64,000 nucleotides of DNA, from NCBI GenBank assembly GCA_036229005.1, contig JAZAMN010000008.1, positions 32,001 to 96,000 of the forward strand, written 5' to 3'. This stretch comes from Myxococcota bacterium (lineage in GTDB: Bacteria > Myxococcota_A > UBA796 > CAJQPC01). A program made the translations under genes and the position numbers. The notes under the pieces were generated by a model. That model worked only from the letters and a program-made list of their open reading frames with translations, ran no database searches and had not been told where the DNA came from. Shown here piece by piece: positions 31,610 through 39,830 of this stretch. Positions within the stretch are counted from its first letter, which is position 1, and each line of letters starts with the position of its first letter.

Positions 31610-32349
31610 TTGCCGGTTGCCGAGAAGTGCTGGTAATCCTTGGAGTTCTTCCAGGTCCCGCCCCAGCCCCAGCCGATCTCGGCGAAGGCCTTCACCACCA
31701 GCCCGTCGGCGTGCACCAGCCCGGGCAGATCGGCCTCTCGGTCCAGGAAGTCGGCGCCGCCGGGGGGCATGACCTTGCCGCCGCGCACGTAGGGGTTCCA
31801 CAGGGGGTTCAGGTCCAGGGCGTGCCCGAAGCTGTGCTCGGAGTAGCGGCTGCCTCCGCTCACCGGCCGGCAGTTGAACGCCGAGGTGTTGTTGTCCGCC
31901 ATCATCGCGTCGTCGTCGCCGCCGTAGACATGGGCGGGCTTCATCTGCTGGATCACGAACCCGGCCTCGAACAGCGTCCCAAAGACCTGCGAGAGCCCCT
32001 GGGCGTGGGCGCTGTTGACGATCAGCAGGCCCTGGTGCACCTGCCCGTCCAGCCCGTGGTGGTTCAGGTGCAGCTCCGAGAGCCCGTCGAGGGCGACCGG
32101 GCAGCCCTCCTTCCAGGTGCCGGCCTCCAGGATCGCGGCCCGGGTGTCCTCGCTGAGGGGCTGGATCGTCGCGGTGTAGGTGGGCACAGCAGGCTCAGGC
32201 GGTGGGGAGGGATCGGGTGCAGGCCCATCTTCCCCCACCTCCTGGACCTCTGGGCCCCCGCCCTGGTCGGCACCCCCCTCCACCGACGAGGACAGGCTGG
32301 GTGTGACCGGAGCGGGCGCAGTTGAGCAAGCGAGCAGGAGGAGCAGCAT
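31606..32349 (-). CDS. M15-family metallopeptidase lipoprotein
   Basis: MLLLLLAC; NNTSAFNCR, SEHSFGHALDLNP, WGGTW..DYQHF. Confidence 0.88.
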   Translation of the reverse strand: MLLLLLACSTAPAPVTPSLSSSVEGGADQGGGPEVQEVGEDGPAPDPSPPPEPAVPTYTATIQPLSEDTRAAILEAGTWKEGCPVALDGLSELHLNHHGLDGQVHQGLLIVNSAHAQGLSQVFGTLFEAGFVIQQMKPAHVYGGDDDAMMADNNTSAFNCRPVSGGSRYSEHSFGHALDLNPLWNPYVRGGKVMPPGGADFLDREADLPGLVHADGLVVKAFAEIGWGWGGTWKNSKDYQHFSATGK

Positions 32350-32369
32350 GGGGGGAGTCTACTGCGTGC

Positions 32370-32804
32370 TCACTCCTCGCCCAGTTGGGGGGCCCCCGAA
32401 GCTCCGACGCGGAGCAAGGGCAGGGGCGGCAGCGGGAGGCCCATGCGGGCGCTCAGGCTGGAGACGAGCTCGCGCAGGTAGGGCCAGGCGTTGAACAGGC
32501 CGTTGTGCTGGGCGAACTCGTCGACGTCGCGCTGGGTGGGGACCATGCCCTCGGGCAGCCTGTAGTGGATCCGGTAGGTGGCCTCGATGTCCAGCGTCTC
32601 CTCGTCTCGGCTCAGGCCGACGAAGCGCGCGCGCGCGAACACGGTGAGCCGGCTGTGCTCGGGGTCGAAGTCCGCCTCTGCGTCCTGTCTGAGCTGGAGG
32701 TTGGGGGGCTCCTCAGGCAGGGTGAGCGGGTCCAGCAGTGTGCGGGCAGAGCAGGACAGGAGCGCGACGTGCTCCAGGGTCACGAAGGGCGAGAGCACGG
32801 ACAC
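32370..32804 (-). CDS. SecB-like chaperone (TAC third gene)
   Basis: LDIEATYRIHY..FAQHNGLFNAWPYLRELVSSLSARMGLPLPPLPLL SecB-like signature. Confidence 0.8.
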   Translation of the reverse strand: MSVLSPFVTLEHVALLSCSARTLLDPLTLPEEPPNLQLRQDAEADFDPEHSRLTVFARARFVGLSRDEETLDIEATYRIHYRLPEGMVPTQRDVDEFAQHNGLFNAWPYLRELVSSLSARMGLPLPPLPLLRVGASGAPQLGEE

Positions 32805-33152
32805 TCAGGCCGCCCCTTGCCAGGTCGCGGCGTGCCACTTGGGGCGGCTGGGGAGGATCACGGGGTTCCAGGTCGCAGGCTGGGGGCTGGGGTGTCCGAG
32901 CGAGGCGACGAACTCGAGGTCCAGCGCGCGCGCGACCTGGCGTAGGCGGCGCACGCCGACGTTGCCGCTGGCGTCGAAGAAGCGGGTGACTGCAGCTCGG
33001 CTCCAGCCCAGGCGGCGGGAGAGCTCGGCTTTGGAGATCCCTTGTAGCTGCATGCTGCGGTGGAGTTGATCCACCAGGTCGAGCACAAAGTGCTCGTCGG
33101 CCAGCTCGTTGGCCAGGGTCGGGTCGTCGCGGAGGGTGTCCAGGTAGCTCAT
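32805..33152 (-). CDS. XRE-HTH antitoxin (HigA-like) with C-terminal extension
   Basis: GISKAELSRRLGWSRAAVTRFFDASGNVGVRRLRQVARALD; overlaps toxin stop (ATGA). Confidence 0.82.
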   Translation of the reverse strand: MSYLDTLRDDPTLANELADEHFVLDLVDQLHRSMQLQGISKAELSRRLGWSRAAVTRFFDASGNVGVRRLRQVARALDLEFVASLGHPSPQPATWNPVILPSRPKWHAATWQGAA

Positions 33153-33547
33153 TCTTCCTCTCCAGTGTGCGTGGGGCGGGCGCGGTGCTCCGTCAGGATG
33201 CGCAGGGCCCGCTGTCGGTCTTGGGGCCGGGTCCTCTGCTGCTTCTTCACAAAGCCGCAGAGGAGCAGGAGCAGCACTCCTTCTTCCTGCCAGGCGCAGG
33301 CCAGCCGCAGGTTCCCGGCCTTGAACTCGTAGAGCTCGTCCCCCAGGTGCTTGAAGTGGTGCTCATTGGAGTCCGGCCCGTTGTCCGCCAAGCGCTCCAT
33401 CTTGGCGAGCAGGTTGGGGACCTTGGTGTTGCGGCGCTTTCCCTGGTGGAGGCTGTCCAGGAACTCGCGGGCAGGGAGGCGACCCCGCGCATCTCGCGCG
33501 AAGCGCAGGGTGACGGCCCTGCCAGCCTTGAAGAGGTCATCCTGCAC
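33149..33547 (-). CDS. RelE/HigB-family toxin
   Basis: PAREFLDSL..HFKHLGDELYEFKAGNLRLAC..LLLCGFVKKQQRT; start position uncertain. Confidence 0.82.
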   Translation of the reverse strand: MQDDLFKAGRAVTLRFARDARGRLPAREFLDSLHQGKRRNTKVPNLLAKMERLADNGPDSNEHHFKHLGDELYEFKAGNLRLACAWQEEGVLLLLLCGFVKKQQRTRPQDRQRALRILTEHRARPTHTGEEE

Positions 33548-33579
33548 TCCGGTCCCGGGTCTCCGGTCCCCGGTCCCCT

Positions 33580-33607
33580 GGTGTGTTGACTCTGAAGTTA
33601 ACACACC
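33580..33607. promoter_or_regulatory. inverted repeat upstream of TAC operon (putative antitoxin operator)
   Basis: GGTGTGTTGACT-CTGA-AGTTAACACACC, 11 of 12 positions pair. Confidence 0.6.
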
Positions 33608-33619
33608 GAGCCGGAGCGT

Positions 33620-35428
33620 CTACCCCCGGCGCCGCCGCAGCAACGCCAAGCCCCCCAACACCACCAGCGCACCACCGCCGCCGGTGCCGCCGCATCCGCC
33701 GCATCCGCCCTGGGTTTCGGAGCCGCTGCCCTCGCCGGTGTCCACAGGCTGTTGATCGTCCTGGGGATCACTGTCCGGGACGGTGGAGTCTCCCGTGTCG
33801 CTGTCCATAGGCCCCGTGTCGACCCAGGCCTGATCGAAGCTCCAGGTGGCGTCGTGGGCCAGGAAGCCGGTGGGGTCGGCGCTGCCGCTGGCGTAGGGGG
33901 CGTTGAGGTAGTCGGCGCCCTCGCTGCTCAGGACCAGGCGGGCGGTGAAGGGGTAGTCGCCGGCCTGGGTGGCCCGCAGGGTGAGGCCCACGGTGCGCTG
34001 GCTGTGCTCGGGCAGGGTGCCGACCAAAAGGGTGCCCGCGCTGGTGGCGGTCCAGGCGCCGGCGTCGGGGAGCGCCACGCTCTCGCCGTACACAAAGGGG
34101 GTGGCCGTCCAGTTGCTGTTCTCGGGCTGGATCTGCACCTTGGCGTCGTGGGTGAGGACGATGGTGGCCTCGCCGACCGCGCCGCGGTTCTCCAGGTTCA
34201 AGCTCCAGCTCCCGGTGGTGTCGAAGTAGCCGTCGCTGGGGGCCTCGATGCCGGGGACCGCGGTGGCCAGGGCGCCGTGCACGCTGAGCCGGCCGTGGGC
34301 GACCTTGGTGGGCAGGTCGCCGACCTCGACCGCGGAGGCCTTGAGGACGCGCGCGACGTCGACGGCGGAGAGGTCGGGGTGGGCCTCGAAGACCAGGGCG
34401 GCGGCGGCGGCCACCAGGGGCGCGGCGTAGGAGGTGCCGGCGGCCACGTCGTAGTCATCGGTGGACTGCACGCCCAGGCTGCACAGGCTCACGCCGGGCG
34501 CGGCCAGGTCCACGGTCGCGGGGCCGTAGTGGCTCCAGGTGTTCAGGTCGTCGGTCTGGGTGGAGCCCGCGACGCTCAGGATGTGGCTGCCCGACAGGTT
34601 GGCCGGGTAGAGCGGGTAGCTGTCGTTGTTGGCGTCCGTGCAGTTGGCGTAGCCGCAGTTGCCCGCCGCCGCGACCAGCAGGATGTCCGCGCTGCCCAGG
34701 CCGGCCACCGCCTCCGTGAAGCCCGTGGTGGTGCTGGAGCTGGCGATGCTGTAGTTCAGCACCCGCACGCCCAAATCGCCGTCCGCCAGGTCGTCCATCG
34801 CCCGGATCGCGTAGGACCAGTAGAAGTTGCCCCCGCTGTCCGCGATCTTCTGCAGGTTCAGCCGCAGGTCCGGGCCCAGGCCCGCCCGGCCGATGCCGTT
34901 GTCGCCGATGGCGGTGATCATGCCGGCGATGAAGGTGCCGTGGCCGGGGACCCCCGCCGCCCAGGCGACCTCGGGGACGCTGTCGCTGTCGCCGTAGTCG
35001 AACTGGCCGCTGATCTTGGCGTTGCCGAAGTCCTCGTGCTGCCAGTAGAAGCCCGCGTCCTCGATGGCGACCACCGGGGCGTTCACGCCGGTGACCGGCA
35101 GGGTGCCGGCCTCCAGCAGCTCCAGCTCCCAGAGATCCGGGCACTCGCTGGTGCCGGTGCCATCCCAGGGCGCGGCGGGGAGCTGCGGCGGCTGCACGGG
35201 CCACTGGATGTCCATGACCGCATCGGCCTCGACGTAGCGCACCCCGGGGAGGGAGGAGAGGGCCTGCAGGTCCGGCGCACGCGCGCCCTCAACGATGCAG
35301 ATGGGGGCGATGTCCAGACACTCCACGGCACCAAATGGCGCCAGCGAGGTCATCGGAAAGTCAGCTTCGACGCCCACGATCGCGGTGTTGGGGCCAGCGT
35401 GTGCGCTCAGCACGGACAGCAACCACAT
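33620..35428 (-). CDS. S8 subtilisin-like serine protease with MYXO-CTERM-like tail
   Basis: VAIEDAG (D), GHGTFIAG (H), AAAGN, GTSYAAP (S); C-terminal GGCGGCGG..ALVVLGGLALLRRRR. Confidence 0.9.
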   Translation of the reverse strand: MWLLSVLSAHAGPNTAIVGVEADFPMTSLAPFGAVECLDIAPICIVEGARAPDLQALSSLPGVRYVEADAVMDIQWPVQPPQLPAAPWDGTGTSECPDLWELELLEAGTLPVTGVNAPVVAIEDAGFYWQHEDFGNAKISGQFDYGDSDSVPEVAWAAGVPGHGTFIAGMITAIGDNGIGRAGLGPDLRLNLQKIADSGGNFYWSYAIRAMDDLADGDLGVRVLNYSIASSSTTTGFTEAVAGLGSADILLVAAAGNCGYANCTDANNDSYPLYPANLSGSHILSVAGSTQTDDLNTWSHYGPATVDLAAPGVSLCSLGVQSTDDYDVAAGTSYAAPLVAAAAALVFEAHPDLSAVDVARVLKASAVEVGDLPTKVAHGRLSVHGALATAVPGIEAPSDGYFDTTGSWSLNLENRGAVGEATIVLTHDAKVQIQPENSNWTATPFVYGESVALPDAGAWTATSAGTLLVGTLPEHSQRTVGLTLRATQAGDYPFTARLVLSSEGADYLNAPYASGSADPTGFLAHDATWSFDQAWVDTGPMDSDTGDSTVPDSDPQDDQQPVDTGEGSGSETQGGCGGCGGTGGGGALVVLGGLALLRRRRG

Positions 35429-35505
35429 TCAAGCCTCCCGGCAGGGTGCCCAGGCTATCCCGCTGCTCCGCCGGGTGGCGCACGCCGACTGGGGCGGCTC
35501 CGTGT

Positions 35506-36168
35506 CTATCCGGCGCAGAGGCTCCCGGCGGCGGCGCCGTCCACGCCCCAGGCCGCGCAGCCGCTGCACTCCTGGCCCAGGCGCAGGGTGTGGGTCTGCT
35601 CGCCCTCCAGCAGCAGCAGGCCGTCCACCGGGCTCTCGCACTCGGGCATCAGGCGGAAGGTGCCCTCGACCTCGACCGCGCCCAGGGAGGGGGTGAGCAG
35701 GGTGCCGCTGACCAGCACGTCGGTCAGGCCCTCGCGCTCCACCAGGGTCCAGCTCAGGTCGGTCTGCGCGCAGCCGTCGGCGTCGCAGAAGGTGCCCGCC
35801 ATCTCCAGGGTGGAGAGGTCGCCGGCGACCTGGTGCTCGATGGCGCCGTCCAGCTGCTCCCCGTTGAGGACCAGGCCGGAGACCTCCATCCAGGCGCCCT
35901 GTCCGTCCTCGTAGCGCTCGAGGGCGCCGCGGGCGGGGGCGTCGGGGCAGGCCTCCCAGTACTGACGCAGGCCGGGGCCGTCGTCGAAGTCCTGGGTGGG
36001 GCAGGCCAGGGGCAGCTCGGTGATCAGCGCGTCCAGGGGGACCAGGGCGACGCTGGGGTCGAGCCAGGTCACCGCGTCGGCCACGGCCCGCTCGGTCTCT
36101 GCGCTGGGCGCGGAGCTGCGGGGGGTGTCTGGGCCGAGGCAGCCCAGGGCGAGCATAAGGAGGGTCAC
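35506..36168 (-). CDS. hypothetical lipoprotein
   Basis: LLMLALGC lipobox; GC3 bias. Confidence 0.65.
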   Translation of the reverse strand: MTLLMLALGCLGPDTPRSSAPSAETERAVADAVTWLDPSVALVPLDALITELPLACPTQDFDDGPGLRQYWEACPDAPARGALERYEDGQGAWMEVSGLVLNGEQLDGAIEHQVAGDLSTLEMAGTFCDADGCAQTDLSWTLVEREGLTDVLVSGTLLTPSLGAVEVEGTFRLMPECESPVDGLLLLEGEQTHTLRLGQECSGCAAWGVDGAAAGSLCAG

Positions 36169-36310
36169 TGACTGGATCTAAGGTCCGCAGGCTCGGGGCG
36201 TCAAGGGGGCTGCGGGTGTCCTCGCTGTGCAGATCGGGTGCGGGATCGCCTGTCGTACGGGAAATCGTTAGGTGGTGGGGAGCGTAGTGTCGCCAGATCT
36301 GGAGTCCCCC

Positions 36311-36895
36311 TTGTCCCGCAAGTACAGCATCTTCGCTGTGGTCGCCGTCCTGAGCGTGGTCATCGACCAGGCCACCAAGTGGTGGGTGAACCAGAACATC
36401 GACCCGTGGAAGGGACGGATCTCCGTCATCGACGGCTTCTTCGAGCTGGTGAACTTCAAGAACACGGGCGCGGCCTTCGGCGTGGGCACTGGCTGGGGCA
36501 GCGCGATGCTCGTGTTCGCCATCTTCACCATCGTCGCCCTGGGCGTGATGGGCTGGATGCTCTGGAAGCTCCCGGACGAGGACCGCTTCGAGGCCGGCAT
36601 GATGGGCCTGATCACCGGCGGCGCCATCGGCAACGCCATCGACCGCGCCCGCTTCCAGGAGGTCACCGACTTCCTGCGCTTCTACACCTCGGACCCCGAG
36701 CTCGCCGCCAAGCTGCACGACAACTTCGGCATGGCGGAGTGGCCCAGCTTCAACGTGGCCGACACCTGCATCGTGGTCGGCGTGATCGTGTTCTTTGTCT
36801 ACACGCTGGTGCAGGACCGGATGCGCAAGCAGGCCGACGACACCCTGGCCGAAGACGAGGGCGCCCTGCCCGAGCTGGAGAAGGTCGCCGACTGA
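36311..36895 (+). CDS. lspA: lipoprotein signal peptidase II (paralog 1)
   Basis: IDQATK, NTGAAFG, GGAIGNAIDR, VTDF, WPSFNVAD. Confidence 0.93.
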   Translation: MSRKYSIFAVVAVLSVVIDQATKWWVNQNIDPWKGRISVIDGFFELVNFKNTGAAFGVGTGWGSAMLVFAIFTIVALGVMGWMLWKLPDEDRFEAGMMGLITGGAIGNAIDRARFQEVTDFLRFYTSDPELAAKLHDNFGMAEWPSFNVADTCIVVGVIVFFVYTLVQDRMRKQADDTLAEDEGALPELEKVAD

Positions 36896-36908
36896 TGGGG
36901 CGCCGCTG

Positions 36909-38396
36909 ATGGGCCGCAGCGCGGCGGTGGCCTGGAGCGCGCTGACCGGTGCGCTGATCCTGTGGATGGCCCGGGACCTGGCCTGGGCCAGCCCGGAGGC
37001 CCTGCAGGCGCTGATGGCGGCGGACCTGTTCGTGGACGGCGGGCCGCTGTCCCTGTCCACGCGCCTTCTGTGGAAGCCGGCCGCGAGCCCGGGCTGGGTG
37101 CGGGTGGCCCAAGGGGTGCTCGCGCTGGGGCTGGAGCCGGTGGGCGCGCTGCGGGCGCTGGGTGTGGCCGCGCTGGTGGGGCTGGGGGTGCTGTGGACCT
37201 GGGCGCTGCGGACCCCGTGGCCCACCGCTCTGATAGCGCTCTGTGTGCCCCTGATCCAGGCATCGTCCGCCGGCGAGGCCATGTCGGTGGCGTCCTTGCT
37301 GGTGGCCCTCTCGCTGCTCGCGGCCGCGTCGAGCCAGGGGCGGCGCCTGGCGCTGGGCTCCCTGGCCGGGGCGCTGGGGGCGGGGCTCTATCCCCCGGCG
37401 GCGGCGGCCTGGTTCGTCGGCCTGGCGGTGGCCTGGCGGCGCGGGCTGGCCCGGGACTACGCCTGGGGCGGGATGCTGCTGGGGCTCTTCTGGGCGTGGT
37501 CGGCGGGGCTGACGGGCTGGAGCTGGCCGCAGTGGGACCCCGCCGGCGGCTGGGCGGCGCTGTGGCCGATGTGGGTGGGCACGCCCCTGGCGGCGGCGGC
37601 CTGGCTGGCGCTGCCGAGCGCCTGGAGTGACCGCCGGGTGCAGGCCCTGGGCGGCGGGGCGCTGGCGGTGTGGGGCTGGGCGCTGTGCACGGGCGGCTCG
37701 CTGACGGTGGGCAAGCCCTACTTTGTGGCGCTGCCCTGGCTGCTGGCGGCGCTGGGGCTGTGCATGGCGCGCTGGCGGCGGGATCGGCGGGTGCTGGTGG
37801 GCATGGCCGCGGTGTCCTCGCTGGCGCTGTCGGTGCAGGTCCAGGGCTTGCTGCCCCAGGAGCCGGACGGTCTGCCACCCCGTGCCGTGGGCTACACGCA
37901 CCTCTTCTTCTCCCTGGACCGCCTGGAACAGGCCCGCCAGGACGGGCTGGCGCTGGGGGCAGCGCTCCCGGACCCGACGCCGGGGATCGCCCTGCAGCCC
38001 GGACAGGAGGCGCTGGCGTACTACGCCGGGGTGACCTCGCTGGTGCCGTGGTTGCCGGAGAGTGAGGCGGCGCCAATGGCGGCTCAGGGGGTGGACCTGC
38101 GGCTTGCGTGGCACTCCCCAGCCCCTCCGGCCAACTCCCACACCCTGGCGACGGTGGGTGGGCTGCCTGTCGAGCTGCTGCGCTACCACACCCCGACGGT
38201 GCAGGGGCTGGTCCGGGAGGGCGCGGTCATCGTGGACTTTCCGGCCAACCTGCCGGCGTGGATCCAGCAGGTCCTGCCCGGCCTGAGCCCCGAGCAGGCG
38301 GGGGCGGTGCTCGCGGAGTTCGACGCCTACTACTTCGACCACAACCTGGACCCCGGACTGCGGGCGCCTCTGGCCGCGGCGGCGGGTCGCGATTAG
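36909..38396 (+). CDS. multi-pass membrane protein of unknown function
   Basis: About 10 hydrophobic Trp/Ala/Leu-rich segments plus a soluble C-terminal domain. Confidence 0.65.
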   Translation: MGRSAAVAWSALTGALILWMARDLAWASPEALQALMAADLFVDGGPLSLSTRLLWKPAASPGWVRVAQGVLALGLEPVGALRALGVAALVGLGVLWTWALRTPWPTALIALCVPLIQASSAGEAMSVASLLVALSLLAAASSQGRRLALGSLAGALGAGLYPPAAAAWFVGLAVAWRRGLARDYAWGGMLLGLFWAWSAGLTGWSWPQWDPAGGWAALWPMWVGTPLAAAAWLALPSAWSDRRVQALGGGALAVWGWALCTGGSLTVGKPYFVALPWLLAALGLCMARWRRDRRVLVGMAAVSSLALSVQVQGLLPQEPDGLPPRAVGYTHLFFSLDRLEQARQDGLALGAALPDPTPGIALQPGQEALAYYAGVTSLVPWLPESEAAPMAAQGVDLRLAWHSPAPPANSHTLATVGGLPVELLRYHTPTVQGLVREGAVIVDFPANLPAWIQQVLPGLSPEQAGAVLAEFDAYYFDHNLDPGLRAPLAAAAGRD

Positions 38397-38405
38397 CTGG
38401 CCCGG

Positions 38406-38960
38406 GTGTCGGACACTCCCCTCTACGCGCAGCGAAAGACCGGGCTCTTTGTGGGCTTGACGGCGCTGCTTGTTGTGCTGGACCAACTCAGCAAGTGGTG
38501 GGTGCGCGAGAACATCGCGCTGGGCAGCGAGCGCGTCGAGGTCATCCCGGGGCTCTTCGAGCTCGTCCACGTCGAGAACACGGGGGCGGCCTTCGGCATG
38601 CTCTCGGGGCAGTCCTGGGCCATGTGGCTGTTCATCCCCTTCACGGTGATCGCCGGCCTGGTGCTGGTGTCCATGCTGCGGGATCTGCCCGATGACGTCG
38701 TGCTGGAACCCCTGGTGCTGGGCAGCATCTTTGGGGGGGCCATGGGCAACTTCCTGGACCGCGTGCGTGTGCAGGGGGTCACGGACTTTCTGCGGGTCTA
38801 CACCGAGCAGCCGGACATCCAGGCCTTCCTGCTCAAGAACCTGGGCAGCGCCGAGTGGCCCAGCTTCAACGTCGCGGACATCGCCATCGTGGTGGGCGTG
38901 ACCTGCTTTGTCGCCATCGAGATATTCGGGCGGGGCCGCCACCCCCAGAAGGAGGGCTGA
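38406..38960 (+). CDS. lspA: lipoprotein signal peptidase II (paralog 2)
   Basis: LDQLSK, NTGAAFG, GGAMGNFLDR, VTDF, WPSFNVAD. Confidence 0.93.
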   Translation: MSDTPLYAQRKTGLFVGLTALLVVLDQLSKWWVRENIALGSERVEVIPGLFELVHVENTGAAFGMLSGQSWAMWLFIPFTVIAGLVLVSMLRDLPDDVVLEPLVLGSIFGGAMGNFLDRVRVQGVTDFLRVYTEQPDIQAFLLKNLGSAEWPSFNVADIAIVVGVTCFVAIEIFGRGRHPQKEG

Positions 38961-39829
38961 TGCATCCCATCGCCTTTGAGATCGGAGAGTTCGCCCTGCA
39001 CTGGTATGGCGTGCTCATCGCCATCGGCGCCATCCTGGCCATCTTCATCGCCAACAAGTGGGGCGACGCGGAGGGCCTCCCCAAGGGGCTCTTTGGGGAC
39101 CTGGGCTTCTGGAGCATCATCCTGGGCATCGCCGGCGCCCGCGGCTGGTACGTGCTCCAGCACCTGGACAAGTTCGACAGCGTGGGCGCGATGCTCAACG
39201 TGCGCAGCGGCGGCCTGGTCAGCTACGGCGGCCTGCTGGGCGTGCTGGCGGCCTTCGGGATCGTGGTGATCCGCAAGAAGCAGCCCCTGCTCAAGGTGCT
39301 GGACATCCTGGCGCCGCTGATCCCCCTGGGGCACGTGTTCGGGCGCCTGGGCTGCTTCATGGCGGGCTGCTGCCACGGGCACGCGACGGACGTGGCCTGG
39401 GCGGTGACCTTCACCGACCCGCTGGCGAGCATGGACCCCACCATGCTGGGGCAGCCTCTGCACCCCACCCAGCTCTACGCGGCCGGCTACCTGGCGGCGC
39501 TGGCGGGGGCGCTGATCTGGTACCGCGGGCGCAAGCGCTTTGACGGTGAGCTCATCCTGATCTACCTGACCGCCTACCCCATCCTGCGCAGCATCAACGA
39601 GATCTACCGAGGTGACTCGGTGCGCGGCTACCTGATCGAGGGCTGGGTGACGACGGCCCAGGCGACCAGCTTCGTGATCGCGCTGGTGGCGCTGGCCGGC
39701 TGGTGGTGGATGGGCAAGGTGAACCGCGACCGGGCCGAGCGCAAGGCGGCGGCTGCGGCCAAGGCGGCCGCCAAGGAGTCCGCTGGGGAGTCCACCGAGG
39801 AGCCCGCCGAGTCGACCCCCGAGGCCTGA
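38960..39829 (+). CDS. lgt: prolipoprotein diacylglyceryl transferase
   Basis: LHWYG, GARGWYV, GGLVSYGG, GRLGCFMAGCC, HPTQLY. Confidence 0.93.
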   Translation: MHPIAFEIGEFALHWYGVLIAIGAILAIFIANKWGDAEGLPKGLFGDLGFWSIILGIAGARGWYVLQHLDKFDSVGAMLNVRSGGLVSYGGLLGVLAAFGIVVIRKKQPLLKVLDILAPLIPLGHVFGRLGCFMAGCCHGHATDVAWAVTFTDPLASMDPTMLGQPLHPTQLYAAGYLAALAGALIWYRGRKRFDGELILIYLTAYPILRSINEIYRGDSVRGYLIEGWVTTAQATSFVIALVALAGWWWMGKVNRDRAERKAAAAAKAAAKESAGESTEEPAESTPEA

Positions 39830-39830
39830 C

